Of a DNA stretch of 64,000 nucleotides, positions 20,007 to 29,294 are shown one piece after another. The notes under the pieces were generated by a model, which worked only from the letters and a program-made list of their open reading frames with translations, did not search any database and was not told the DNA's origin. Within the stretch, counting starts at the first letter, position 1. Each line of letters begins with the position of its first letter. The stretch covers positions 6,878 to 70,877 of the forward strand of contig JAVVSR010000008.1 of assembly GCA_036654095.1 (NCBI GenBank). The letters are read 5' to 3'. This stretch comes from Clostridia bacterium. Its GTDB lineage: Bacteria; Bacillota; Clostridia; Christensenellales; CAG-917. The position numbers were made by a program, and so were the translations under genes.

Positions 20007-20302
20007 AATTTTGCATAAAAAGATAAGTTAAATAGTGCCAATATTTAATGCATTATAAGTGGCCGATTTTGTATATTTATAGGCGATTGCAAATTAGTGT
20101 AAATTACACAAAATGCTTGCAATTCTAAAAATCTATAAAAAGTAATGTTCATTTTATTTAAAATAATATAAATATTAAAATTAATAATTATGCGCAATTT
20201 GTTTTATATTCAAGTATAATAACATTATATTCCAATAAAAATTAAATTATGTAGCAAACATCTAGGTAATTCTTCTCAATATTTAATATAATATCTTTTT
20301 TA

Positions 20303-20332
20303 TTGACATACGCGCCCCTATTGTGATAGTAT
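20303..20332 (+). promoter_or_regulatory. Sigma-A promoter with extended -10 for the LRR lipoprotein gene
   Basis: TTGACA (20303-20308), an 18-nt spacer ending in TGa, then TAGTAT (20327-20332). Confidence 0.45.
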
Positions 20333-20376
20333 ATATTACGTATAAGTATGCTTCACTTAGTGAAGGGAGGATTTTT

Positions 20377-21297
20377 ATGAAAAAATTTACAACAATATTA
20401 GTGGCAATGGTGTTGGCCGCATCGATGTTTGCATTTGTCGCTTGTGGGAAACCTGCTGAAAACACCGCCGTTAATGATGAAGATTTTAATCCCGCGCTGG
20501 CGTCTGCCGACTTTGAGGACGGAACTTGGACATTGCTTGAGTCAAAAGATGCAATTATTCCTTCAGAGGTTGATGGAGCAATCGCTACCGACCCTAAGTT
20601 CTTAATGATGGAACCTTACAGTACGACAGGTTACAAAGTGCGTGGTTTTAGCAGTGTAACAGAAGGGCGTCCAACTGACCTTGTAATTCCAAACGTTTAC
20701 AACGGGTTACCAGTTGTTATGATTGACACGGGTTCGTTCCGTGACGACACGACCATTACAAGCGTAAAAATGGGTTCTAATATGAAATACGTTTACGCTA
20801 ACGCTTTTAGAGATTGTTCAAATTTAAGAGAAGTTGTTTTAGGTACTAATGTTAAAAAAATCCATCACGCAGCATTTAAACATTGTACAAGTTTAACTGA
20901 AATAGTTATTCCTGCATACGTTACTCACTTGGAAGGGAATGTCTTTTCGGGTTGCACTAGCCTAAGTAAGGTTACGTTTCAAAAATCATATTATGTCACT
21001 ATCAATGAAATGACCGAGGTTGAAGAAACTGTCGCTATTGGCGTAAGTGATTTTGCGGTTTGCGTATTTATGGGTTGCACATCTTTGAAAGAAATTGAAT
21101 TACCCGAAACTTTAACTACTATTGGTATGGGCTGCTTTAGAAATGCGGGGCTTGTAAAACTTACGATACCTAGAAGCGTAAATTATGTTGGCTCGCTCGC
21201 GTTTAGTAACTGTACGGAACTTGTGGTTAAACATTACAAAATTAAAACCTTAGCAGAAGATGCTTTTTATAACTGCGCAGATGTTACAAAAATTTAA
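20377..21297 (+). CDS. BspA-type leucine-rich-repeat (LRR_5) lipoprotein
   Basis: The signal peptide has a lipobox: MKKFTTILVAMVLAASMFAFVAC. Repeats of the form AF..C..L..V.I/L are present (ANAFRDCSNLREVVL, AAFKHCTSLTEIVIP, NVFSGCTSLSKVTF). The ATG at 20377 follows GGGAGG. Confidence 0.75.
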   Translation: MKKFTTILVAMVLAASMFAFVACGKPAENTAVNDEDFNPALASADFEDGTWTLLESKDAIIPSEVDGAIATDPKFLMMEPYSTTGYKVRGFSSVTEGRPTDLVIPNVYNGLPVVMIDTGSFRDDTTITSVKMGSNMKYVYANAFRDCSNLREVVLGTNVKKIHHAAFKHCTSLTEIVIPAYVTHLEGNVFSGCTSLSKVTFQKSYYVTINEMTEVEETVAIGVSDFAVCVFMGCTSLKEIELPETLTTIGMGCFRNAGLVKLTIPRSVNYVGSLAFSNCTELVVKHYKIKTLAEDAFYNCADVTKI

Positions 21298-21312
21298 GTA
21301 AAAACTGTTTTT

Positions 21313-21338
21313 AGCCCGACTTAGGTCGGGCTTTTTTG
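21313..21338 (+). terminator. Intrinsic terminator
   Basis: AGCCCGAC-TTAG-GTCGGGCT followed by TTTTTT. Confidence 0.8.
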
Positions 21339-21568
21339 TTTTAACCATAAAACCGAATATCTATTTACGTCTATAAGTTGTTTTGGTTTGCCAATACTAA
21401 AATGAGTTAATGCAAACGTTATAAATAAACTTCAACGTATATCTGAAAATTGCTAGTCTATAAAATTTATTTTCAAAAACAAGGGTGTAATTAAAATTAA
21501 TTGATAAAGTTAAATAATTTTAATAAATAAATATTTTGCGTGTTCAAATTTAGATAATGCATTTATCA

Positions 21569-22033
21569 TTAATTTAAAAGTACAATGCTGTAATTAATTA
21601 TAAATAAGTAACTGTACCAACATAATATAGGCAAATATAAAAATGCAAGCAATGTATGCTTTTTTATCAATCGTTTTTCGTAAATAAAACTGATAATTAT
21701 CTCAAGAAGTAATATTATCAGCGCAATTATTTTTAGGTGCGCTACAAAAAAAACTACCGTCCATATTGACAAAAGCAGCCCGCCTAATCCGTATAAGTAA
21801 ATATACGGAAGCAGTTCGTTTTTTATAACAAGCCTAGCAATTATGTAAATAGACAAAGCGTATACCACGCACCATATAATAGAGTGCATTATTGGTTTTA
21901 TTGAAAATGCGGGCAATGTCAGGGTTGTGTACCACGCCAACCCGTTTTGAACAGAAACCGCGCCTACCCACTCAATTAAAAGTGTAAAAGCAAGCGCAAA
22001 TACTAACGCATACAGCCATTTTAATGCTTTCAT
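21569..22033 (-). CDS. TspO/MBR-like five-helix membrane protein
   Basis: A 154-aa protein with ~5 TM helices. It has a WY..L..P...P....IW..VY pattern near the N-terminus and a W/Y-rich C-terminal helix. Confidence 0.5.
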   Translation of the reverse strand: MKALKWLYALVFALAFTLLIEWVGAVSVQNGLAWYTTLTLPAFSIKPIMHSIIWCVVYALSIYIIARLVIKNELLPYIYLYGLGGLLLSIWTVVFFVAHLKIIALIILLLEIIISFIYEKRLIKKHTLLAFLYLPILCWYSYLFIINYSIVLLN

Positions 22034-22142
22034 ACTTTATTATATTGAGTTTTTAAAGTCAATATGAAACAAGATTATGGTTATTGGTTGTAAAATTATA
22101 AATAATTTGCTATAATAATGAAAATTATAAAAAAGGTGATTT

Positions 22143-22913
22143 ATGTTATTAGTTTTGGATGTTGGAAATACCAACGTCAAAGTTGGCCTGTATGAGGGCG
22201 AAACATTTATAAAAAGCTGGCGTATTTCAACGCTTGCATCACGCACCGCCGACGAGTTTGGAATGGTTTTGTTTGACCTTTTTTCCACGCGCGATACCGC
22301 ATTTGAGGATATTGATGGCATTATCGTATCGTCGGTAGCGCCGTCACTAAATTATACTATTGAGCACGCTTGCACGTATTATATGAATAGAAAACCTATT
22401 TTTGTTGACAGCGACTCTAAAACTGGTATGACATTTTTATATACCAATCCAAGCGAATTGGGAGCGGATAGGATTGTTTCAGCGGTCGCGGCCTATACCT
22501 TGTACAAAGGGCCTTGCATTGTTGTTGACTTTGGTAGCGCAACTACGTTTAACGCTATTACAATCGATGGCAAGTTTTTGGGCGGCGCGATTGCCCCGGG
22601 CATAAAAAATGCAACGGAATCTTTGGTAAATACAGCTGCGCGTCTTCCTCGAATTGAGCTTGTTGCGCCCAAAAGCGTGCTTGGCAAGACAACTATTGAA
22701 AACATGCAGGTTGGCATAGCGTATGGCTTTACAGGGCTTGTTAGCTATATTATAAACAAAATTAAGGAAGAAGATGGTATGGCCAATGCAAAAGTTATTG
22801 CGACTGGCGGTTTAAGCGAGTTAGTGATGGAAACGGACGCGTCAATAATTGATATTGTTGACCGCGCGCTTGCGCTTAAGGGTTTAAAATTAATGTACGA
22901 TTTGAATAAATAA
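22143..22913 (+). CDS. coaX: Type III pantothenate kinase
   Basis: Contains MLLVLDVGNTNVKVGLY, GADR and VVDFGSATTF motifs. Confidence 0.9.
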   Translation: MLLVLDVGNTNVKVGLYEGETFIKSWRISTLASRTADEFGMVLFDLFSTRDTAFEDIDGIIVSSVAPSLNYTIEHACTYYMNRKPIFVDSDSKTGMTFLYTNPSELGADRIVSAVAAYTLYKGPCIVVDFGSATTFNAITIDGKFLGGAIAPGIKNATESLVNTAARLPRIELVAPKSVLGKTTIENMQVGIAYGFTGLVSYIINKIKEEDGMANAKVIATGGLSELVMETDASIIDIVDRALALKGLKLMYDLNK

Positions 22914-22924
22914 GGAGTTTCATT

Positions 22925-24211
22925 ATGAAAAAAGTTGGCGTTGCCTTGCTTGGGTTGGGGACTGTTGGTGGAGGAACTTATAGGATTTTAGAAAAAAACA
23001 AGGAAATGTTTAAAAAGACGCAAGGTCTTGACATTTCGGTTTTACATATTCTTGAACGGAATATATCGCGAGCGGAAGCTTTGGGAATTGACACGTCTAT
23101 TGTTTCGTGCGATATTGAAAATATTATCAATAATCCCAATATTTCTATTGTATGTGAATTTTTCGGGGGCATTGAACCTGCTCGCACTTTTTTAATCAAG
23201 GCTCTTGAAGCTGGCAAGTCAATAGTAACTGCAAATAAGGAACTGTTTTCTAAACATTGGCACGAGCTAGAGGCTGCTGCAAAAAAAGGTAAAGCTGGTC
23301 TTTATTTTGAAGCGAGTTGTGTGGGTGGAGTACCAATTATACGCGCCATAACTGAAGGTATGCAGGCTAATACAATTTTATCAATTAAGGGTATTATAAA
23401 TGGTACGACAAATTATATTTTATCTGAAATGAGTCAAAATGGGACTGATTACGCAGTCGCATTGAAAAACGCGCAAGCCTTAGGGTATGCCGAAGCTGAC
23501 CCCACCGCTGACGTCGAAGGATATGACGCTAGCTATAAACTAAGTATTTTGTCCACGCTTTCATACAACAAAAAAGTGCCTGTTTCACGCGTTTATCGCG
23601 AAGGTATTTCAAACATAAACGTGTCCGATATTAACTACGGAAAAGAGTTGGGGCTGACTTTAAAACTGTTAGGTATAAGCAAAAATCACGAGGGCAAAAT
23701 TGAAGCGCACGTGCATCCTGTGTTTGTCCCAAATAGCAATCCATTGGCTAGCGTATCAGGAAGTTTTAATGCAGTTTTACTTAAGGGCGACAGCGTTGGC
23801 GATATTATGCTTTATGGTCGCGGAGCAGGCGATTTGCCCACTGGAAGCGCAATCGTTTCGGATATTATTTTTGCGGCTCAACAAGCAAAACCACGGTATT
23901 TACCGTTTAAAAACGATGGTTCAAGCCGTGATTGTGATTTTATAAGTGATTTTTCAAGTAAATACTATATAAGGCTTACAGCTATTGATAAGTGTGGCAC
24001 ATTGGGGCGTATCTCTAGTGTATTTGGCAAAAACAACGTAAGCATAACCACAGTTTTGCAAAAGCAAATTTGTGAAAATAAGGAAGATGGTATACCAATA
24101 ATTTTTGTTACTCACGTCACCACCGAAAAAAATATTGACAAAGCTCTTGAACAAATTAGAAGCCTTGAGGGTGTTAAGTCAGTTGATGCGCTTATCCGCG
24201 TAGAAGATTAA
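22925..24211 (+). CDS. hom: Homoserine dehydrogenase with C-terminal ACT domain
   Basis: Contains GLGTVGGG, TANKEL and GIINGTTNYIL motifs plus a C-terminal ACT-like ~80 aa. Confidence 0.9.
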   Translation: MKKVGVALLGLGTVGGGTYRILEKNKEMFKKTQGLDISVLHILERNISRAEALGIDTSIVSCDIENIINNPNISIVCEFFGGIEPARTFLIKALEAGKSIVTANKELFSKHWHELEAAAKKGKAGLYFEASCVGGVPIIRAITEGMQANTILSIKGIINGTTNYILSEMSQNGTDYAVALKNAQALGYAEADPTADVEGYDASYKLSILSTLSYNKKVPVSRVYREGISNINVSDINYGKELGLTLKLLGISKNHEGKIEAHVHPVFVPNSNPLASVSGSFNAVLLKGDSVGDIMLYGRGAGDLPTGSAIVSDIIFAAQQAKPRYLPFKNDGSSRDCDFISDFSSKYYIRLTAIDKCGTLGRISSVFGKNNVSITTVLQKQICENKEDGIPIIFVTHVTTEKNIDKALEQIRSLEGVKSVDALIRVED

Positions 24212-24224
24212 TTTTGGAGCAGGT

Positions 24225-24425
24225 ATGACCGAACAAATTGAAAAAGCTGCCGACAATTATTTAATGGAAAAACTTCAACCATATATTAATATGGCTTTGG
24301 AATTTTGGATTAAAAACAAGACACTTATTTTAGTGGCTGGCATAGTGTTGATTGGCTTGATATTTTTCTTTGGAGTACTTAGGGCAAAATACAATCGCGA
24401 TAATCGGCGCAACAATAAAAGATAA
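24225..24425 (+). CDS. Small single-pass membrane protein, function unknown
   Basis: A 66-aa ORF with GGAGCAGG upstream, one TM helix (LILVAGIVLIGLIFFFGVL), a basic tail and a strong terminator downstream. Confidence 0.5.
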   Translation: MTEQIEKAADNYLMEKLQPYINMALEFWIKNKTLILVAGIVLIGLIFFFGVLRAKYNRDNRRNNKR

Positions 24426-24460
24426 TTTATATAAGTGTAATTTTTTAATTTAAATTAGCA

Positions 24461-24492
24461 AACCCCTGTCAAATGTTGACAGGGGTTTTTTG
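24461..24492 (+). terminator. Intrinsic terminator
   Basis: AACCCCTGTCAA-ATG-TTGACAGGGGTT followed by a T-run. Confidence 0.8.
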
Positions 24493-24626
24493 TTTACAAG
24501 ATACTTAATTATAGTTTACACACGATACTTAATTATAGTTTTAGCTAAATAAATTGATTTTTAAAAAGAATTCTGAAACTGTTAAATATTTTCAATTATA
24601 AGCGCTTTTAATAAATTGACGATATA

Positions 24627-26276
24627 TTAGTTTTTATCGTGGTCGCGAATTTCGACACGACGAATTTTCCCCGATACTGTTTTTGGAAGCTCATCAACAA
24701 ACTCAATAATTCGAGGATATTTATAAGGAGCGGTTACTCGCTTAACGTGGTCTTTAAGCTCATTCTCTAATTCCTTAGAAGGAGTGTAACCTTTGGCCAA
24801 CACTATTGTTGCTTTTACAATTTGACCGCGAAGTTCATCAGGGACAGCTGTAATTGCACATTCTAAAACAGCCTTATGCTCGTGCAACGCGCTTTCAACT
24901 TCAAATGGCCCTATGCGATAGCCCGACGATTTTATTATGTCATCTTTTCTGCCAACAAACCAAAACCAACCATCTTTATCTTTATATGCAAGGTCGCCCG
25001 TATGGTAGAACTTATCTTCAATCAATGCCTTTGTACGTTGTTCATCCATATGATATCCCGCAACTAATCCGCATTGGTTTGGCGATTTCAAAATTGCAAT
25101 TTCACCTTCTTGACCAACTTGAACTTCATTTTCAAAATCGTCAATAAGTTTAACATCGTAAATTGGGCTTGGCTTACCAAGACTTCCCGAAATAGGAGTT
25201 AAAAAAGAAAATGTACCAAGCATAACCGTGCTTTCCGTTTGGCCAAAGCCTTCATAAATAGGCAATCCTGTCGCTAATTTAAACTGTTTAAAAATTTCAG
25301 CATTTAAACTTTCGCCTGCGGTAGAACAGTGTGTCAGCGTTGAAAAATCAAACACAGATAAATCTTCCTTGACCAAAAATCGATAAATTGTCGGAGGAGC
25401 GCAAAATGTGGTTATGCCATATTTTGAAAGTAATGGCAGCACATCTGTTGGCGTAAAGCGGCCGTGATAATCATATACAAATACGGTGCTTCCAGCAATC
25501 CATTGTCCATAAATTTCGCCCCAACTACACTTGGCCCAGCCAGTTTCCGCCATTGTAAAGTGTAGGCCTCCGTCAAAAACACTTTGCCAGTATTTTGCCG
25601 TTATTATATGGCCTAAAGGATATGTGAAGTTGTGCATAACCATCTTTGGCATACCCGTTGTCCCCGAAGTAAAATAAACTAGCATCGGGTCATCGTTGTT
25701 TGGACGATAAGTAAAATTATATGTGTCAGACGCCGACTCAAGTTCAGACGATAAATCCAAATATTTTGAGCTGCCATCAACAGAGAAAATATTTTTTAAT
25801 GTTTTACAGTGAGGTAACGCTAAATCAATATGCTCTAAAACGTCGGTTTCATTTGTCGTAAATAAAAGCTGTATATTGGCTTCATTGCAACGGTAAGCAA
25901 TATCTTTCGGAGTGAGAAGATGTGTAGCGGGAATTAAAACAATCCCAAGTTTGCAACAAGCTACTGTTAAAATCCAATATTCATAACGTCTATTGAGCAT
26001 ACTCATAACAAAGTCGCCACGTTTTATGCCAAATTTCGTAAGTAAGTTGCACATCTTGTCAGAAAGAACTTTTAATTCGCCAAAAGTGATACACTTTTCG
26101 TGTCCCTTATCATTGCACCATACTACGGCGCGTTTGTCGGGCGAAAGCCGTGCGTATTCGTCGGCGATATCAAAACCGAAATTAAAGTTTTTAGGCACAA
26201 AAACTTTTGCGTTAGCGTAAAAGTCATCGTAGTCGCTAAATTCAGTTTTGCTTAAATACTTTGATAAAAAATTCAT
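24627..26276 (-). CDS. AMP-forming acyl-CoA synthetase (medium-chain/ACSM-like)
   Basis: Contains the AMP-binding signature YFTSGTTGMPKMV, YGQTE-like GFGQTES, TGDLAY and the C-terminal SGKIRR. Confidence 0.85.
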   Translation of the reverse strand: MNFLSKYLSKTEFSDYDDFYANAKVFVPKNFNFGFDIADEYARLSPDKRAVVWCNDKGHEKCITFGELKVLSDKMCNLLTKFGIKRGDFVMSMLNRRYEYWILTVACCKLGIVLIPATHLLTPKDIAYRCNEANIQLLFTTNETDVLEHIDLALPHCKTLKNIFSVDGSSKYLDLSSELESASDTYNFTYRPNNDDPMLVYFTSGTTGMPKMVMHNFTYPLGHIITAKYWQSVFDGGLHFTMAETGWAKCSWGEIYGQWIAGSTVFVYDYHGRFTPTDVLPLLSKYGITTFCAPPTIYRFLVKEDLSVFDFSTLTHCSTAGESLNAEIFKQFKLATGLPIYEGFGQTESTVMLGTFSFLTPISGSLGKPSPIYDVKLIDDFENEVQVGQEGEIAILKSPNQCGLVAGYHMDEQRTKALIEDKFYHTGDLAYKDKDGWFWFVGRKDDIIKSSGYRIGPFEVESALHEHKAVLECAITAVPDELRGQIVKATIVLAKGYTPSKELENELKDHVKRVTAPYKYPRIIEFVDELPKTVSGKIRRVEIRDHDKN

Positions 26277-26477
26277 CTTGGCCTCACAATGTTAAAATTA
26301 GTTTTAATTTTAGCACAAAAACATAATTATTACTAGCAAATATCTGCACAATTTGCATTTTTTATGTGATAATAGTAAATAAATACATATATGACTATGT
26401 TTATATGGTTTGAAATATTGTTGATTTTAGTCTGAAATGGTGTTATAATAAACTGAAATATTTTGAGGTGGCGCAAT

Positions 26478-26903
26478 ATGTTAGATAGACAAAGCACGGC
26501 AGTTTTAAATATTATAAACAATATCAGTGATGGCTCGTATAAAATTATTGATGCCGAGGATATTATCAGTAAGCTATCGGAAAGCGACAAAGCCAGTAAA
26601 CTTGAGTTGTCGGGCATAATTCGTAGCCTTACCGACCACGAACTTATAAAAGTAAAGTATTCAACGCTTGAAGAATATTGTCTTGCCGCGCTTCCCAAGG
26701 CGCGTCTTGTAGAGGAAAAGGTTAAGACTATCGCTCCTGTTGAAGAAGAAGCCGAAGATTCTTTGCCTATTGTAGCAACTAGGCAGGCATCTGATTACAA
26801 TAAAATTAAAAAACTAGTCAAATGGGCTGCTTTTTATGGAGCATTGATAGGCGGCGCGATTGTTGGTGTTGTCGGTATCGTAATTGGCTTTATCATAAGG
26901 TAA
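26478..26903 (+). CDS. Small membrane-anchored protein, first of two tandem paralogues
   Basis: The ATG at 26478 follows GAGGTG. A ~75-aa soluble head is followed by a linker and a C-terminal TM helix (AAFYGALIGGAIVGVVGIVIGFII). Confidence 0.5.
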   Translation: MLDRQSTAVLNIINNISDGSYKIIDAEDIISKLSESDKASKLELSGIIRSLTDHELIKVKYSTLEEYCLAALPKARLVEEKVKTIAPVEEEAEDSLPIVATRQASDYNKIKKLVKWAAFYGALIGGAIVGVVGIVIGFIIR

Positions 26904-26915
26904 AAGAGGTAAACT

Positions 26916-27317
26916 ATGGCAGTCGAAAAGCATTCTTTAACTAAAAAAGAAAGAGCGTTATTGCACGTAATAATTTCAATGGCAGAAAAAAATTCCGAGG
27001 CGATTTGCCTTGTGAAGCCGCTTGATGTTTTCAAAGCGCTACCTTATGACCTTGACTATACTCCCGATGAACTTGAACCAATGATGAAAGGGCTTCAACT
27101 TGACGACTATTTTGATTTCATAGTTACCGATAAAAAAGGTGACTTAATATACTGCGTGACAATGCATCAAAAGGGGTTGTCGTTTGCGCGTGTCGAACGC
27201 GCGTGGCGGAAAAGCTTGTTGAATAGAATTTTAATTACCGCTGCAATGGGTATTGTTTCGGGTACTGTGGTTTTTCTTGTAAAGCTGTTATTGTCGCAGA
27301 TTACAGGCAAGGGTTAA
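26916..27317 (+). CDS. Small membrane-anchored protein, second of two tandem paralogues
   Basis: Same layout as the upstream gene: a soluble head with a ...YC...KG... pattern and a C-terminal TM helix (ILITAAMGIVSGTVVFLVKLLL). It stops 3 nt before uvrB. Confidence 0.5.
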   Translation: MAVEKHSLTKKERALLHVIISMAEKNSEAICLVKPLDVFKALPYDLDYTPDELEPMMKGLQLDDYFDFIVTDKKGDLIYCVTMHQKGLSFARVERAWRKSLLNRILITAAMGIVSGTVVFLVKLLLSQITGKG

Positions 27318-27320
27318 GCG

Positions 27321-29294
27321 ATGGAAAGTTTTAAACTTAAAGCGAAGTTTTCGCCGTGCGGTGACCAAATAGAAGCTATTGAAAAACTGACTAACGGTCT
27401 TAATGATGGCTTCCGAACACAAGTTTTGAGGGGGGTCACTGGCAGTGGGAAAACTTTTACTATGGCAAATATTATTGAACGCGCGCAAAGACCAGCGCTT
27501 GTTATTGCGCATAATAAAATTCTTGCAGCGCAACTATGTAATGAGTTTCGTGAGTTTTTCCCAGACAATCGTGTTGAATTTTTTGTAAGTTATTATGACT
27601 ATTATCAACCCGAGGCATACATTCCTCGAAGCGATACCTATATTGAAAAAGAATTAGAAATTAATCAGGAAATTGATAAATTGCGCCACTCTGCAACTAG
27701 CGCGCTTTGCGAGCGCAGAGATGTTATTGTTGTTGCGTCGGTGTCGTGTATCTATGGCTTGGGCGCGCCATTGGAATACTACAATTTGGCCGTATCGCTG
27801 CGTCCGAAAATGATTTTAGATAGAGATGAGCTTGCTCGTAAACTTGTGGATATTCAATATAAGCGAGCGGACATCGATTTTCAAAGAAGCACTTTTCGGA
27901 TTAGAGGCGACGTATTGGATATATTTCCTGCCGCAAATAGCGAAGTTGCAATTAGGGTTGAGTTTTTTGGCGATGAAATTGACAAGCTTTATGAAATTGA
28001 CAGCTTAACGGGTAAACCTTTGGCAAGTTTGGAGCATACGGTTATCTTCCCGGCGAGCCACTATGTAGTTGGAAGCAAAACTATGGAAAACGCGTTGAAA
28101 ATAATTACTCGAGATGCCGATGACCGTGTTAAATATTTTTCCGACGAACATAAACTTATTGAGGCGCAAAGGATTGGCGAACGTGTGGCGTATGACCTCG
28201 AAATGATGCGCGAAATGGGCTATTGCAGTGGTATCGAAAATTATAGCCGCTATTTCGACGGACGTGAACCGGGACAACCTCCCTACACGCTTATTGATTT
28301 TTTTCCCAAAGATTTTATTACTTTTATTGACGAAAGTCATATGACTATTCCGCAGATACGCGGTATGTATAATGGCGACCGTTCGCGTAAAGACAATCTT
28401 GTCGGATTTGGGTTTAGGCTACCTGCGGCATACGATAACAGGCCATTGCGCTTTGACGAATTTGATGCAAAAATCGGACAAATGATTTGCCTATCTGCAA
28501 CACCCGCTCCATACGAACTAGGCGAGGCCGACCAAATTGCCGAACAACTTATTAGGCCAACGGGGATAATTGACCCTGAAATTTTTATTCATAAAATCGA
28601 CGGTCAAATTGACGATTTAATTGGAGAAATCCACACTGTTGTTGAAAGCGGCGGTCGAGTGCTAGTCACGACGCTTACTAAGAAAATGGCCGAAAACCTA
28701 ACCGCATTTTTGAAAGAAAATGGAATAAAGGTTAGGTATATGCACAGCGATATTGAAACCCTCGAGCGTATTGAAATAATATCGTCATTACGAAAAGGCG
28801 AAATAGATGTTCTTGTTGGTATAAACCTTTTGCGCGAAGGATTGGACTTGCCTGAAGTTAAACTTGTCGCAATTTTAGATGCTGACAAGGAAGGCTTTTT
28901 GCGTAGCGAAACAGCGCTTATTCAAACGGTTGGCAGGGCAGCGCGTAACATCGAAAGTAAGGTAATTATGTATGCCGACAACATCACTGGAAGTATGGCG
29001 CGCGCAATTAGCGAAACTAATCGCAGGCGGAAAATACAAACGGAATATAATCTTGAAAATAATATTACGCCAACTACTATTATTAAGGATATTGTAAATA
29101 CTATTGAAATAACCAAAAAGATAGTTGAACCCGAAAAACGTGATAATAAAGATATCATTAGCGAACTTGAACGTTTGAAGGGTCTTATGCAACTAGCTGC
29201 CGATAGCCTTGATTTTGAGTCGGCAATTAGGCTTCGTGATAGGGTAAGCGAATTGAAACAAATATTAAGGGACGACAAAAAAAATAATGGATAA
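27321..29294 (+). CDS. uvrB: Excinuclease ABC subunit B
   Basis: Contains [14 protein letters not shown], helicase motifs and a C-terminal UVR domain. Confidence 0.95.
   Translation: MESFKLKAKFSPCGDQIEAIEKLTNGLNDGFRTQVLRGVTGSGKTFTMANIIERAQRPALVIAHNKILAAQLCNEFREFFPDNRVEFFVSYYDYYQPEAYIPRSDTYIEKELEINQEIDKLRHSATSALCERRDVIVVASVSCIYGLGAPLEYYNLAVSLRPKMILDRDELARKLVDIQYKRADIDFQRSTFRIRGDVLDIFPAANSEVAIRVEFFGDEIDKLYEIDSLTGKPLASLEHTVIFPASHYVVGSKTMENALKIITRDADDRVKYFSDEHKLIEAQRIGERVAYDLEMMREMGYCSGIENYSRYFDGREPGQPPYTLIDFFPKDFITFIDESHMTIPQIRGMYNGDRSRKDNLVGFGFRLPAAYDNRPLRFDEFDAKIGQMICLSATPAPYELGEADQIAEQLIRPTGIIDPEIFIHKIDGQIDDLIGEIHTVVESGGRVLVTTLTKKMAENLTAFLKENGIKVRYMHSDIETLERIEIISSLRKGEIDVLVGINLLREGLDLPEVKLVAILDADKEGFLRSETALIQTVGRAARNIESKVIMYADNITGSMARAISETNRRRKIQTEYNLENNITPTTIIKDIVNTIEITKKIVEPEKRDNKDIISELERLKGLMQLAADSLDFESAIRLRDRVSELKQILRDDKKNNG

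Noticed and set aside
19537-20018. Pro-rich 98-aa ORF (minus strand, 19537-19833) and Val/Ala-rich 85-aa ORF (plus strand, 19761-20018)
   Set aside because: Both are alternative readings of the GGN/TGY repeat tract. Only the Gly/Cys frame has an SD-ATG and ends before the terminator.
22040-22321. 93-aa minus-strand ORF
   Set aside because: It overlaps the coaX start and the intergenic promoter region, and it has low-complexity composition and no SD.
24500-24541. 18-bp direct repeat GATACTTAATTATAGTTT x2 (24-bp period) after a terminator
   Set aside because: It is real but short and isolated, lies between convergent genes and has no associated feature. It is most simply a local duplication.
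26333-26698. 121-aa minus-strand ORF
   Set aside because: It spans the divergent promoter region and runs antisense to the SD-preceded 26478 gene, with an AT-rich shadow composition.
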